DNA of 64,000 nucleotides from a virus: IMG/VR virus record IMGVR_UViG_3300045988_183931, positions 6,965 to 70,964 of that record; one strand, 5' to 3'. Shown piece by piece: positions 55,901 to 64,000 of this stretch (position 1 is its first letter; each line of letters starts with the position of its first letter). The notes under the pieces were generated by a model. It saw only the letters and a program-made list of their open reading frames with translations, ran no database searches and was not told where the DNA came from. The position numbers and the translations under genes were made by a program.

Positions 55901-58900
55901 AAACTCAACATCAACACTTCCGCCAGCAGCCTTCGCCTTAAAGGTCTTTTCAGCGGTAATCGTCTCGCCACTTTCATCGACCACAGGATTGCCAGTTGCC
56001 TTATCCATCAGCGTCCCGGAAACCTTATAAGTGTGACCCTCAATCAGTCCAGAGAAAGAAACTGTATCGAGGATTGTAACTCTCTTATCCGGCTCAAGCA
56101 TCTTACTTCCATCGACCTTATTGGAGGCAACAGTCTTCACCTTAGGATTGGAAACAGTAACAGTCTGGCCGACGTCTCCAAGGTCTTTATGCACTGCCGC
56201 AGCAATCGTTTGATTTTCGTAAAACAACTCTTCGAAAACAACAATTTTCTTTCCCTGCAGCCCAGATGCATCGAAGACGAATTCCATGTCGATAGAGCCT
56301 TCCGCTTTCTTCGCTGTGAAGGATTTTTCAACCACAATAGGTTTATCGTTTAGCAAAACGGGTTCTCCGGAGGACTGGAAAACAAGTGTTCCACGCAACT
56401 TGAAATCGTGTTTTATCGGTAGATGTGCATACTTTACAGTATCCTTGATAACCACATTTCTGGCTGCATCAATGTACTTACTGCCGCCCTCACCGTTCAC
56501 GGCGGTCGTATTGGTCAGCTCAGGATTATAGAATGTTGCCGACTGGTCAACATCGTTAATGTCCTCATGCTTGGCAATAATGTGACCGCCGTAGGAAACG
56601 GTTTCAAAGGCTACGACCGTTTTACCGAACAGCTCAGAAGAGTCGAATGTGAAATAGACATCCACAGACCCGTCCATGGACTTGGGAACGAATACTGTTC
56701 TCCCTGAAATCTCGCCATTTCCGCCAACAAGAACACGTCCAGTAGCTTTGTCCATCAAGCGCCCCTCGGCGACATAGGTGTGACCGGGAATGAGGTTGTG
56801 ATAAGTAACGGTATCTACCAAAACCGTAGACAGAGAGGAAACAAAGAACTGGTTCTTATCAGGACTTGCCTTCATGGTAGTTCCGATGCTCGGCTCCATT
56901 ACCGTAACGGTTTGAGCTTCGTCACGAAGGTCTTTGTGTGTCGCACAAGGAGCAGCGTCCGTTTCGTTAAAGAACAGTTCCTCAAACACAACTACATTTT
57001 TACCAGCAAGGAGAGATGCATCCAATGCGAAAGTCACGTCCACATCACCAGACGTACGCTTCGGAGTGAATTTCACCCGTGTTGCAGTGCCGGGAATTTC
57101 CTCACCAGTTCCTCCATTCATCAATCGCCCCACTAAGGTGTACTCGTGACCGGGAGTTACATGGGAATAGGAAACGGTGTCTGTTATAGAGGTTTCCTTC
57201 GCCGCATCAAGCATCTTACCCTTGCCATCCGTATTCACAGCCCTTGTCGAGATGCTGGGAACATTGATTGTTACGGTCTGACTTCTGTCGTCAAGGTCCC
57301 TATGCTCCGCAATTACCGTTCCGTTAAACACGAGTTCCTCAAACACAACCAGAGATTTTCCGTAGAGCTGCGAAGCGTCAAAAACAAACTCCACCTTAAC
57401 CTTGCCGGCAGCGCTGCGAGCTGTAAATGATGTTGTTCCGGTAACGGGGTTGCCATCCGTATTCAGAACCGGCGTACCGGTCTTTTTATCCATCAGGACA
57501 CCATTTACCGTGTACTCATGTCCCTTGCACAGACCCTCATAACTCACGGTATCTACCAGTCTTACAGCGCTCTTAGGGTCAAAGAACTTGGAGTTATCTT
57601 CCACATTCTTCGCACTGGTCTTAATAGCTGGTGTGTTGAAGGTCAGGCTCTGTTTCAGGTCGGAAATGTCCGTATGCGTTCCTGCGGGAGTTTCATCGCC
57701 CTCGTTGAAGTACAGATACTCAAAAACAACGAGCGTCTTCCCTGCCATATTGCTGGCGTCAAATGTAAACTCAACGTTGACCGCCCCCGCGACCCGCTGC
57801 GGCGTGAATACGGTTTTGCCGGTAATCTCGTCACCCTTCGCATCCAGCAAAGGAAGCCCTGTCATTTTATCCATCAGCTTACCTACAACGGTATATTCAT
57901 GGTCAGGGGTTAAGTGGCGATAATAAACAGTGTCCACAATATGCGTTCCCTTGGCAGGGTCAATCAGGTTTGTATCGCCGTCATTATTCAGAGCCTTTGT
58001 ACTCAGCGCAGGAGCGAAGAACACAGCCTCCTGTTTCTCGTCAGCGAGGTCTTTGTGCTCGGCAATAACTGTGTTGTGGTAATACAGGGACTCGAAGGCA
58101 ATGACACTCTGACCATACAGGATAGAGGCGTTTAGCGTGAATTTCACATCAACATTTCCATCCTTGGTCGTCGGAACGAAGTCTGCCTCACCGGACACCA
58201 AATTTCCATTACCGTCGCGGATAACATCGCCGGTGTCTTTGGAAACGAGATTGCCCTTCACCTTGTACCTGTGACCGGGTACGAGGTCTGTATAGGTCAC
58301 AGTATCCGTAATGGTAATTTCATTCAGCGGCTCGAAATAGTTATTCAGAGAGATGCTCTCATTGATGGTCGTGTGAATTGTAGGAGTGTTCACGACAACT
58401 GTCTGCCCTTCATCGCCGATATCCTTATGGATGGCACAAGGTGTGCTGTCAGATGCACGGAAATACAGCTCTTCGTACACAACAAGGGAATCTCCATCAA
58501 GACCAGAAGCATCAAATGTAAAGACCATTTCGGTGCTGCCCTTAGACGCAGACGGCGTAAATGTGTTCGTCACCGTTACAGTGCGTCCACCAGAAACAAC
58601 AGCCTCACCTGTTCGCTTATTCATCACTGTACCGATGATAGTGTACTCCTGCCCTATGGTAAGATGTTCGTAAGCAATCGTATCCTTAATGACAACATTT
58701 TTCGCAGGGTCAATAAACTTACCCGTACCCTCACCATCAATAGCGGTAGTGCCAATCTTCGGGCTGTAGACATTCACGGTCTGCTCGGCATCTGCTTCAT
58801 CTTCGTGGACGGTTAAGACAACACCCCTGTAAGACAGTTTTTCAAACACGACCAGCGTATGTCCATACAGTTCCGAAGCATCAAAAACGAACTCGACATC

Positions 58901-61900
58901 CACAGTACCGGCCTTCGCCGTGGGCGTAAATCTTGTTGTGCCGGTAATTTCATTTCCGGCAGCATCCTTCACAAACTCGCCTGTCGTTTTATCAAACACC
59001 TTTCCGGTCAACAGATAAGTGTGCCCCTCAACGACCTTTTCATACGCAACAGAGTCCCTGACCTTCACCATGTACTGCGGGTCAAGGAATTTAGTTCCGG
59101 CTTTGGCGTTGGTTGCATGAGTGGTAATCTCAGGTGCCTCGACTGTTACAGTCTGTTCCGCATCCTCAATGTCCTCGTGCGTTGCAACGGGGATATCGCT
59201 GCTGATGGCAACATGGTAGAGTTTCTCGAACGCGACAAGCTGCACACCCGCAATCTCAGTTGCATCGAAGGTGAAGGTCACATCTACCGAGCCTTCCGTT
59301 GTCGCCGGAGTAAAGTTTGTCGTTCCGACAATGTATATTCCGTTATCGTCCTTTGCCGGCTGCTGCGTGTCTCTATCCATCATCTGCCCCTTCAGAACGT
59401 ACTTATGTCCGGGAGTGAGATGCTTATAGGACACCGTATCCACGATAGATACTCCGATGGAGGGGTCAACAACCTTCACATTTCCATCAGGGTTGACGGC
59501 GGAAGTTTTAATTTCGGGTGCGAAGAAGGATACGGTCTGGTCTGCGTCCGAAATGCTCTTGTGGGTTGCCACCTCTACGCCGTCACGATGCAGCGTATCA
59601 TATACAACTACAGCATCTCCAGCAATAAGAGAAGCATCGAATGTAAAGGACAGCACGGTGGACCCCTCAAAGTTGTTGCCGCCAACAAAGGTATTCGTAG
59701 CAGTTATCCTGTGACCGGCGCCATCCAGAAGAGGCTCGCCAGTAGACTTCAAAACCAGATAACCATTCACCGTATAGGTTTTGCCGGGAATGACATCGGT
59801 ACAGGACACCGTATCCTTAATTGTCACAGATGTCAGGGGTTCCATGGTTTTCTCCCCCGCCTCGCCCTTAGCTACAGTCTTGATTTGAGGCGTTACAGGC
59901 ACATCTGTCATCTTCACGACAACGACCTTTTCCCCGTCATTCATGGTTGTACTTTCAAAATCAACATTGAATATAACGGGAGTGGAGTTCAAGCGATAGC
60001 CACGAGGAGCTTTGGTTTCCACCAGCTTATAGCCGCGACCAAAAGGAAGTTCTTCGGGGGTTATCAAATTTCCGTCATTATCCGTCCTAAATGTATCAAT
60101 GTTTTTAGCACCAGCCTTGAGGGACACAAGAGTTCCATCTGGGTCGTATATCTGGAACTCAGCTCCGCTGTAAGGGATTTGAACATTGTCCATTGCGTCC
60201 TGTTTTACCACTCGAACAGAAGCATAATAAGGACGGTCATTAAGCACATAGAAATAAGTTTTCCCATTCTCGGAAATAGTCACCTCAAAGCCAGAAAGCA
60301 TATCTGCGTGTTCAAAATGCTTTGTCTGCTCGATAACATATGTGCCGTAAGGCAGCGCCTTGGTTGTCGCATACCCGTCCTCGTCCACAACAATGTGGTC
60401 TCTATCGGTGGTCTTCGCAGCAGCGTAGCTTCCTGCCGCCTTCAGGTAGACATCGAACTCAGCGCCAACTTCGGGTGTGACCTTTCCGGTCGGGAGGGAT
60501 TCCTCGACGCCGGTAGGACCGACATCCGAGTGCTTGAAAATCTTAATGTAGCCCTTGATGACCTTTTCTGTTACGCCCAAATCGGGGGCTGCATTGATTT
60601 CGATGACGTAGTTCTTCGCCTCAGCGCCTACTTGATATACACTGTCATCCAGCAGATAGCCGACGGACGGAACAATTTCCTTGATGGTCCAATTATCGCC
60701 GCAAACATAGACGTCCGTAGCAAACTTTCCGTTCGCATCAGTGGTGTACTGTTTCACCAGTTCATCGCCATTATACAGACCATAAACGGCTCCCTGCAAG
60801 GTGGCGTTGCCCTGCGCTGTCGTCGTCTCGATATCGCGCTTTGTAACGGTCACAGACCACTTCTTCAGCACATTATGAACAGAAACAGTTGTGGTCTTAT
60901 CCAGCTTTACATTGATGCCGCCCTTTACTGCAGGAATGACATACCGTGCAGCGGTGTCAACTTCCTCCAGCGTGTAGTTGTAACCCACAAGAACATTATC
61001 GAAGGTTGCAATGCCGGAAGCGTTCGTCACAGCCATCATGTCTACGCGCTGACCCTGTGCAGAAGTACCTGTCAGGTGGAACTTGATGCCCTCAACGATA
61101 CCGTCTTCAGAGGTCTTGGTCACACTCACTGTACCGCGAGCCAACTTATTATGCACATTGGCGTTCGTAGTTCTATTCAGCGTTACATTTATGCCAGAAA
61201 CGACATCCGGTGTGATATACTTTTCGGCGGTGCCAACTTCCTGAACGGAATAGTTCTCGCCAATCAGGACGTCAGAGAAGGTTGCCACGCCTTTGGCGTT
61301 GGTGGTAGCGGTCATATCCACCGCGTCACCATTACCTGCCGTGCCGGTCAATCGGAACTTGATGCCGGAAACCAGCCCGTCCTCAGCAGTCTTCGTAACA
61401 GTAACCGTTCCGCGAGCCAGCTTGTTGTAAACCGAAGCCTCCGTGGTTTTCCCCACAGTGATTGTAATACCGTTCTGCACCGCAGGGACAACATAGCGGG
61501 CAGCCGTATCAACCTCCGTCAGAACGTAGCTGCTGCCCACCAGCACATTCTTGAACTCAGCAATGCCCGCTGCATTGGTAGTCGCATCCAGAGACACCGC
61601 AGCTCCAGATGTAGAGGTGCCTTCCAGATGGAACTTCACGCCGGACACGAATCCGTCTTCAGACGTCTTGGTAACGCGAAGACTTCCACGCGCAAGGTCA
61701 TTGTGGAAGGACAGCTTCGTAGTGTCGTTGACCCTCACGGTAACGCCATCCTGCACATCCGGAACAACGTAACGGGTAGGGGTGCTGGACTCCTGTACTG
61801 TGTACCTTGTCCCAATGGGCACATTGGAGAAGGTCGCAACGCCCTGAGCGTCCGTCTTTGCCGTCATGCTGACGGTCGTCCCCGCGTCAGAAGTACCTGT

Positions 61901-64000
61901 CAGCGTAAATGAAAGATTGTTCACAACGCCGTCCTCGGAGGTCTTCGTCACCTGAACGGCACCTACCTTGAGCCTATTCTGGACAGATACAGAGGACTTA
62001 CGATTGATGGTCACTGTAACATTGACGGGATTCACGACCTGATAATAGGCCGGCACGTTGACTTCCGATACTGTGTAGCTTCCAATGAGGACGTTCGAGA
62101 ATGTTGCAACACCGGAGGCATTGGTCGCAGCATACAGGTCAACAGCGGTGCCATCAATGGATGTTCCCTGCAAGCGGAACTTTACATTGGCAACTTTCCC
62201 GTCCTCAGAAGACTTCGTAACTTGAACCGAACCACGCGCCAACTTGTTGCTGACATTCGCCCGCGCAGTCGAGTTATACTGCACCGTGACATTCTGCGCG
62301 GACACGGGGGCGTACTGCCTACCTGTATTTACTTCCGTCAGCGCATATGTACCGACAAGCACATTGGAGAACGTGGCCACGCCGCTGGCGTTGGTTGTTT
62401 CAGTAAGGTTTACTGTCTGGCCAGACAAAGATGTGCCCTTCAGATTAAACTGAACTCCGCTTACTTTTCCATCTTCGGAGGTCTTTGTGACAGTCACGTT
62501 GCCGCGAGCCAATTTATTTTCGAATGTTTTGGTTACAGACGTATTAGGCGTCGAAAGCGTAAACGTCTGGCTGGCAGGGGCTACATATCTTCTGGGTGTA
62601 TTTACCTCGGCAAGAACATAGTTAGAACCCAAGGGGACATTGGAGAACGTAGCCTTGCCGTTCGCATCTGTGGTCGCAGACAGATTCACAGCATCTCCCG
62701 CGTAAGACGTTCCCTTCAGTGTAAAGATGAACCCTTGCAGAACTCCGTCTTCCGATGTCTTCGTTACCTGCACGGTACACCGAGACACCTTGTTCTGGAA
62801 GGAGACACTTGCCGTGCCTCCAATCGTAACTGTCGCAGTCTGAACCCGATTCACAGCATAGTATCCTAACGGTGAAGTTTCTGTAATCGTATAAGCTCCG
62901 GGCTGCAGGTCTGTAATGCTAATTTTGCCGGATGCATTTGTCTTAAAGAGCCGGTTATATCCGTTTGGTCCGGTTACAGTAAAGCTGACGCCAGAAATGT
63001 TTTTCCCGTTTTCTGATGTCTTAGTGATGTTTAGATTGCCGGTTGTTTGCGTCACCTTCGCCCGCACATAACAAGTAACGGGGTCAGGCGTACCGTTAAG
63101 GGCAACACAATTCTGCTTGCTGCCACCCGCTACGAGAAGGTAAGCGTTGACGCTATCGGGGTCAATCACATTGCCCTCGATGGGGTACGATACAATGCCG
63201 TTCAACATACTCTTAGCGGCTTCCGGCGTGGCTGTAATTGTTAGATTATTCCCGCTCCGGGATGTGCTTACACCAGACAGAGAAAATTTGAAGCGTCCAA
63301 AATTTCTCAGGACTCTGTTGGTGTCGGTTCTTGTCAGAGACCAAGAAGTACCATCCCAAGCCAGTTCGAAGTCGTTTCTCGTATCACGCGGACTCCGCAC
63401 GGCAAAACTCGGTATAACGGTCTGCTGGTTAATCATGTCCCAGATATAATCGTGTGCCGCCTTGATGGGCACAGCAACTTCAGGGTCATAAGCATGACCG
63501 GGACCCACAAACAGGTCACTCAGGTCACTGTAGCCGCCAACAATTTCCCAGATAACCTCCTGCGTAGCACACCACGCATAGGTGCCGTTGCCAGCATACC
63601 AGAGCAACGTCGAGTCATCTGCGCCACCCCAGCCATAAGCCAAAGCAAGACGAACCCGCTGGTCTCCCCAATACGCGCTGGCGTCAACGGAAGTTCCCGC
63701 GCCGGGGGCACCCTTGTGGGGTTCAATGCAGTACGCCGGCTGGCCATTGAAGAATTTCTCAACAGCACTGGAATAGGGGGCAAACTCAGCCATCCACTTC
63801 CTGTTATAACCCATATCGAGGCCGGTCGTAATGGTTCCTGATGCACGAGCGGGAGCCCTCCTCGGACCAGAAGAGTTTTGCGGTGAGCCATACAAAGGCG
63901 TAACGCTCACGGGAGTATCTTCACCGGCATAGGGGTCCGAAAGACCTTCTTCTTCATCAAAACTCTCTCCATCAGGAATAGATACTTCCAATGAGGATTC
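52976..64000 (-). CDS. giant sortase-anchored surface adhesin, paralog of 45276..50942 (5' end beyond window)
   Basis: >3670 aa in the window. Same TED motifs (YCIEPH, CATQEVIW), ~14 Cna-B/SpaA-like repeats and ~25 VaFE-like repeats. C-terminal SPKTG + TM + KRRKKNK. N-terminal signal peptide not in the window. Confidence 0.8.
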   Translation of the reverse strand, partial: ESSLEVSIPDGESFDEEEGLSDPYAGEDTPVSVTPLYGSPQNSSGPRRAPARASGTITTGLDMGYNRKWMAEFAPYSSAVEKFFNGQPAYCIEPHKGAPGAGTSVDASAYWGDQRVRLALAYGWGGADDSTLLWYAGNGTYAWCATQEVIWEIVGGYSDLSDLFVGPGHAYDPEVAVPIKAAHDYIWDMINQQTVIPSFAVRSPRDTRNDFELAWDGTSWSLTRTDTNRVLRNFGRFKFSLSGVSTSRSGNNLTITATPEAAKSMLNGIVSYPIEGNVIDPDSVNAYLLVAGGSKQNCVALNGTPDPVTCYVRAKVTQTTGNLNITKTSENGKNISGVSFTVTGPNGYNRLFKTNASGKISITDLQPGAYTITETSPLGYYAVNRVQTATVTIGGTASVSFQNKVSRCTVQVTKTSEDGVLQGFIFTLKGTSYAGDAVNLSATTDANGKATFSNVPLGSNYVLAEVNTPRRYVAPASQTFTLSTPNTSVTKTFENKLARGNVTVTKTSEDGKVSGVQFNLKGTSLSGQTVNLTETTNASGVATFSNVLVGTYALTEVNTGRQYAPVSAQNVTVQYNSTARANVSNKLARGSVQVTKSSEDGKVANVKFRLQGTSIDGTAVDLYAATNASGVATFSNVLIGSYTVSEVNVPAYYQVVNPVNVTVTINRKSSVSVQNRLKVGAVQVTKTSEDGVVNNLSFTLTGTSDAGTTVSMTAKTDAQGVATFSNVPIGTRYTVQESSTPTRYVVPDVQDGVTVRVNDTTKLSFHNDLARGSLRVTKTSEDGFVSGVKFHLEGTSTSGAAVSLDATTNAAGIAEFKNVLVGSSYVLTEVDTAARYVVPAVQNGITITVGKTTEASVYNKLARGTVTVTKTAEDGLVSGIKFRLTGTAGNGDAVDMTATTNAKGVATFSDVLIGENYSVQEVGTAEKYITPDVVSGINVTLNRTTNANVHNKLARGTVSVTKTSEDGIVEGIKFHLTGTSAQGQRVDMMAVTNASGIATFDNVLVGYNYTLEEVDTAARYVIPAVKGGINVKLDKTTTVSVHNVLKKWSVTVTKRDIETTTAQGNATLQGAVYGLYNGDELVKQYTTDANGKFATDVYVCGDNWTIKEIVPSVGYLLDDSVYQVGAEAKNYVIEINAAPDLGVTEKVIKGYIKIFKHSDVGPTGVEESLPTGKVTPEVGAEFDVYLKAAGSYAAAKTTDRDHIVVDEDGYATTKALPYGTYVIEQTKHFEHADMLSGFEVTISENGKTYFYVLNDRPYYASVRVVKQDAMDNVQIPYSGAEFQIYDPDGTLVSLKAGAKNIDTFRTDNDGNLITPEELPFGRGYKLVETKAPRGYRLNSTPVIFNVDFESTTMNDGEKVVVVKMTDVPVTPQIKTVAKGEAGEKTMEPLTSVTIKDTVSCTDVIPGKTYTVNGYLVLKSTGEPLLDGAGHRITATNTFVGGNNFEGSTVLSFTFDASLIAGDAVVVYDTLHRDGVEVATHKSISDADQTVSFFAPEIKTSAVNPDGNVKVVDPSIGVSIVDTVSYKHLTPGHKYVLKGQMMDRDTQQPAKDDNGIYIVGTTNFTPATTEGSVDVTFTFDATEIAGVQLVAFEKLYHVAISSDIPVATHEDIEDAEQTVTVEAPEITTHATNAKAGTKFLDPQYMVKVRDSVAYEKVVEGHTYLLTGKVFDKTTGEFVKDAAGNEITGTTRFTPTAKAGTVDVEFVFDASELYGHTLVVFEKLSYRGVVLTVHEDEADAEQTVNVYSPKIGTTAIDGEGTGKFIDPAKNVVIKDTIAYEHLTIGQEYTIIGTVMNKRTGEAVVSGGRTVTVTNTFTPSASKGSTEMVFTFDASGLDGDSLVVYEELYFRASDSTPCAIHKDIGDEGQTVVVNTPTIHTTINESISLNNYFEPLNEITITDTVTYTDLVPGHRYKVKGNLVSKDTGDVIRDGNGNLVSGEADFVPTTKDGNVDVKFTLNASILYGQSVIAFESLYYHNTVIAEHKDLADEKQEAVFFAPALSTKALNNDGDTNLIDPAKGTHIVDTVYYRHLTPDHEYTVVGKLMDKMTGLPLLDAKGDEITGKTVFTPQRVAGAVNVEFTFDASNMAGKTLVVFEYLYFNEGDETPAGTHTDISDLKQSLTFNTPAIKTSAKNVEDNSKFFDPKSAVRLVDTVSYEGLCKGHEYTVNGVLMDKKTGTPVLNTDGNPVTGTTSFTARSAAGKVKVEFVFDASQLYGKSLVVFEELVFNGTVIAEHRDLDDRSQTVTINVPSISTRAVNTDGKGKMLDAAKETSITDTVSYSHVTPGHEYTLVGRLMNGGTGEEIPGTATRVKFTPKRTSGDVDVTFALDASLLAGKNVVVFEELFFNETDAAPCATHKDLRDEAQTVTVMEPSIGTTMKASPDKNQFFVSSLSTVLVDTVTYHNLIPGHTYVAEGRLMDKATGRVLVGGNGEISGRTVFVPKSMDGSVDVYFTFDSSELFGKTVVAFETVSYGGHIIAKHEDINDVDQSATFYNPELTNTTAVNGEGGSKYIDAARNVVIKDTVKYAHLPIKHDFKLRGTLVFQSSGEPVLLNDKPIVVEKSFTAKKAEGSIDMEFVFDASGLQGKKIVVFEELFYENQTIAAAVHKDLGDVGQTVTVSNPKVKTVASNKVDGSKMLEPDKRVTILDTVSFSGLIEGHTYKVSGTLMDKATGNPVVDESGETITAEKTFKAKAAGGSVDVEFTFAATELYGKDIVVFEKIFCNDTEIASHENINDREQTVTVYAPNITGTTAVGTLGGGKLIDPAANVKITDTVMYEHLSAGHEYTLRGTLMNKETGEPIKNGGTEVVVEQTFTPVEASGSVDMQFVFTASFLKGKDIVVFEEIYFNSEDTEPVAVHRDIDDGKQTVSVTSPEVRTVAVNKEDNGKVFEPDQTVTLKDTVFYNNLIVGHRYTVTGTLMDKGTGKPIKDTAGSIVASSVEFTPDAPCGTVDVEFPFAATELYGKTIVAFEKLLFNGTVIASHEDINDEEQTTTVHNPEIVRTVALSAVDGGKLIDASETSTINDTVVYRHLSTGHTYTLRSSLVDKTTGEPVLNNGIPVVSEMQFTPESTAGSAVAAIAFDASAVKGRDIVVFEELFFTAGDEAPVAAHKDIEDADQTVTVVKSSIKTCAENAADGTKVFEPASEVILKDTVDYEGIIAGHTYKVVGTLMDKSTGKPVEDSAGKSITAEKVFAPESENGSVVVEFKFDARDFFGRTLVVFEDLYYGETVVASHRDINDENQSVEIKKPVIVETIATNKVDGKKLVDPTEKVVLTDTVKYDHLSTAHKYTLVGKLMYKATGKPVMDKDGNFIIATTAFTPDKLSGSIDVVFEFDGRALAGKDIVVFEYLYYNKDDEAALATHEDLEDAAQTVAFLNPTIKTSAANASTGKKTFSPYEKAELVDTVTYEGLIPGHEYTLVGTLVEKVKSGENWVEGKPVMDKDKKPLTATATFTPEKAEGTTTVSFVFGARSVAGKTLVVYEELLYNNMSVTTHADIMDEKQTVTVDRIHYSGPAMGTTATFANGSKSSGYASRLVVVDTVSYSGLAVGQNYTLVGRLMDAQTGEALRDAGGREVTSKLTFTPKASDGSIDMKFSFAASNIKGAKIVVFEEVYVGGSVDGTPYLSHTDINDAGQTVTVTASPKTGDDGVGKYVSLGSIALGTAIIVVVVSNVKRRKKNK

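Overview
This 64-kb window looks like Firmicutes (Clostridia-like) chromosome, with moderate GC, AAGGAG-type RBSs and sortase-anchored adhesins.

Layout, left to right:
- 1007..2065 (-) is a TnpB-family gene that is C-terminally truncated and reads as nuclease-dead. RuvC-I has GISLG instead of GIDLG, and the zinc finger and RuvC-III are absent. A ~210-nt IS200/IS605-type right-end / omega-RNA-like element follows it at 788..1000.
- Three tRNAs on the minus strand (Gly-TCC, Thr-TGT, Thr-CGT) at 2452..2809, plus a tRNA-like fragment at 3071..3125.
- recG at 3649..5724.
- A ~22-kb same-strand, phage-like accessory block (5721..27610). It is organised as four cassettes (8.1-10.9, 11.1-14.9, 15.1-20.8, 21.1-27.6 kb).
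- A convergent three-gene operon of unknown function on the minus strand (27744..30615).
- A cluster of IS-end remnants at 30625..31136: a partial scaffold copy, three hairpin direct repeats with unique spacers, and a full second copy of the omega-like scaffold. That second copy is fused to the 3' end of tRNA-Ser(TGA) at 31137..31224.
- Housekeeping genes: flotillin, NucA-like nuclease, membrane proteins and lipoproteins, an HTH regulator, a DUF457 gene with LexA boxes, and topoisomerase III.
- Two paralogous giant sortase-substrate adhesins. Both have a thioester domain, Cna-B/SpaA repeats and VaFE-like repeats. The second runs off the window end.

Each of the four cassettes is preceded by a near-identical ~150-bp module: an intrinsic terminator, a strong promoter (TTGACA / extended -10 TGgTAGTAT), a second -10-like element at the transcription start, a conserved GGAGA-N4-TCTCC hairpin, and an intrinsic terminator hairpin whose stems covary between copies. 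The cassettes carry YopX, ASCH-like, MazF/EndoA-like, AAA+ plus VWA/HExxH, and HD-domain genes, many small Zn-ribbon proteins, and a tandem paralog pair.

The most interesting hypothesis is that the nuclease-dead TnpB (TldR-like) plus its omega-like RNA is an RNA-guided regulator. The guide-position flank at 775..786 (TATAATTACGAA) is identical to the conserved core of all four cassette promoter modules. An orphan scaffold copy sits as a tRNA-Ser read-through unit.

All calls are from reading the sequence by eye. No database or folding computations were run.
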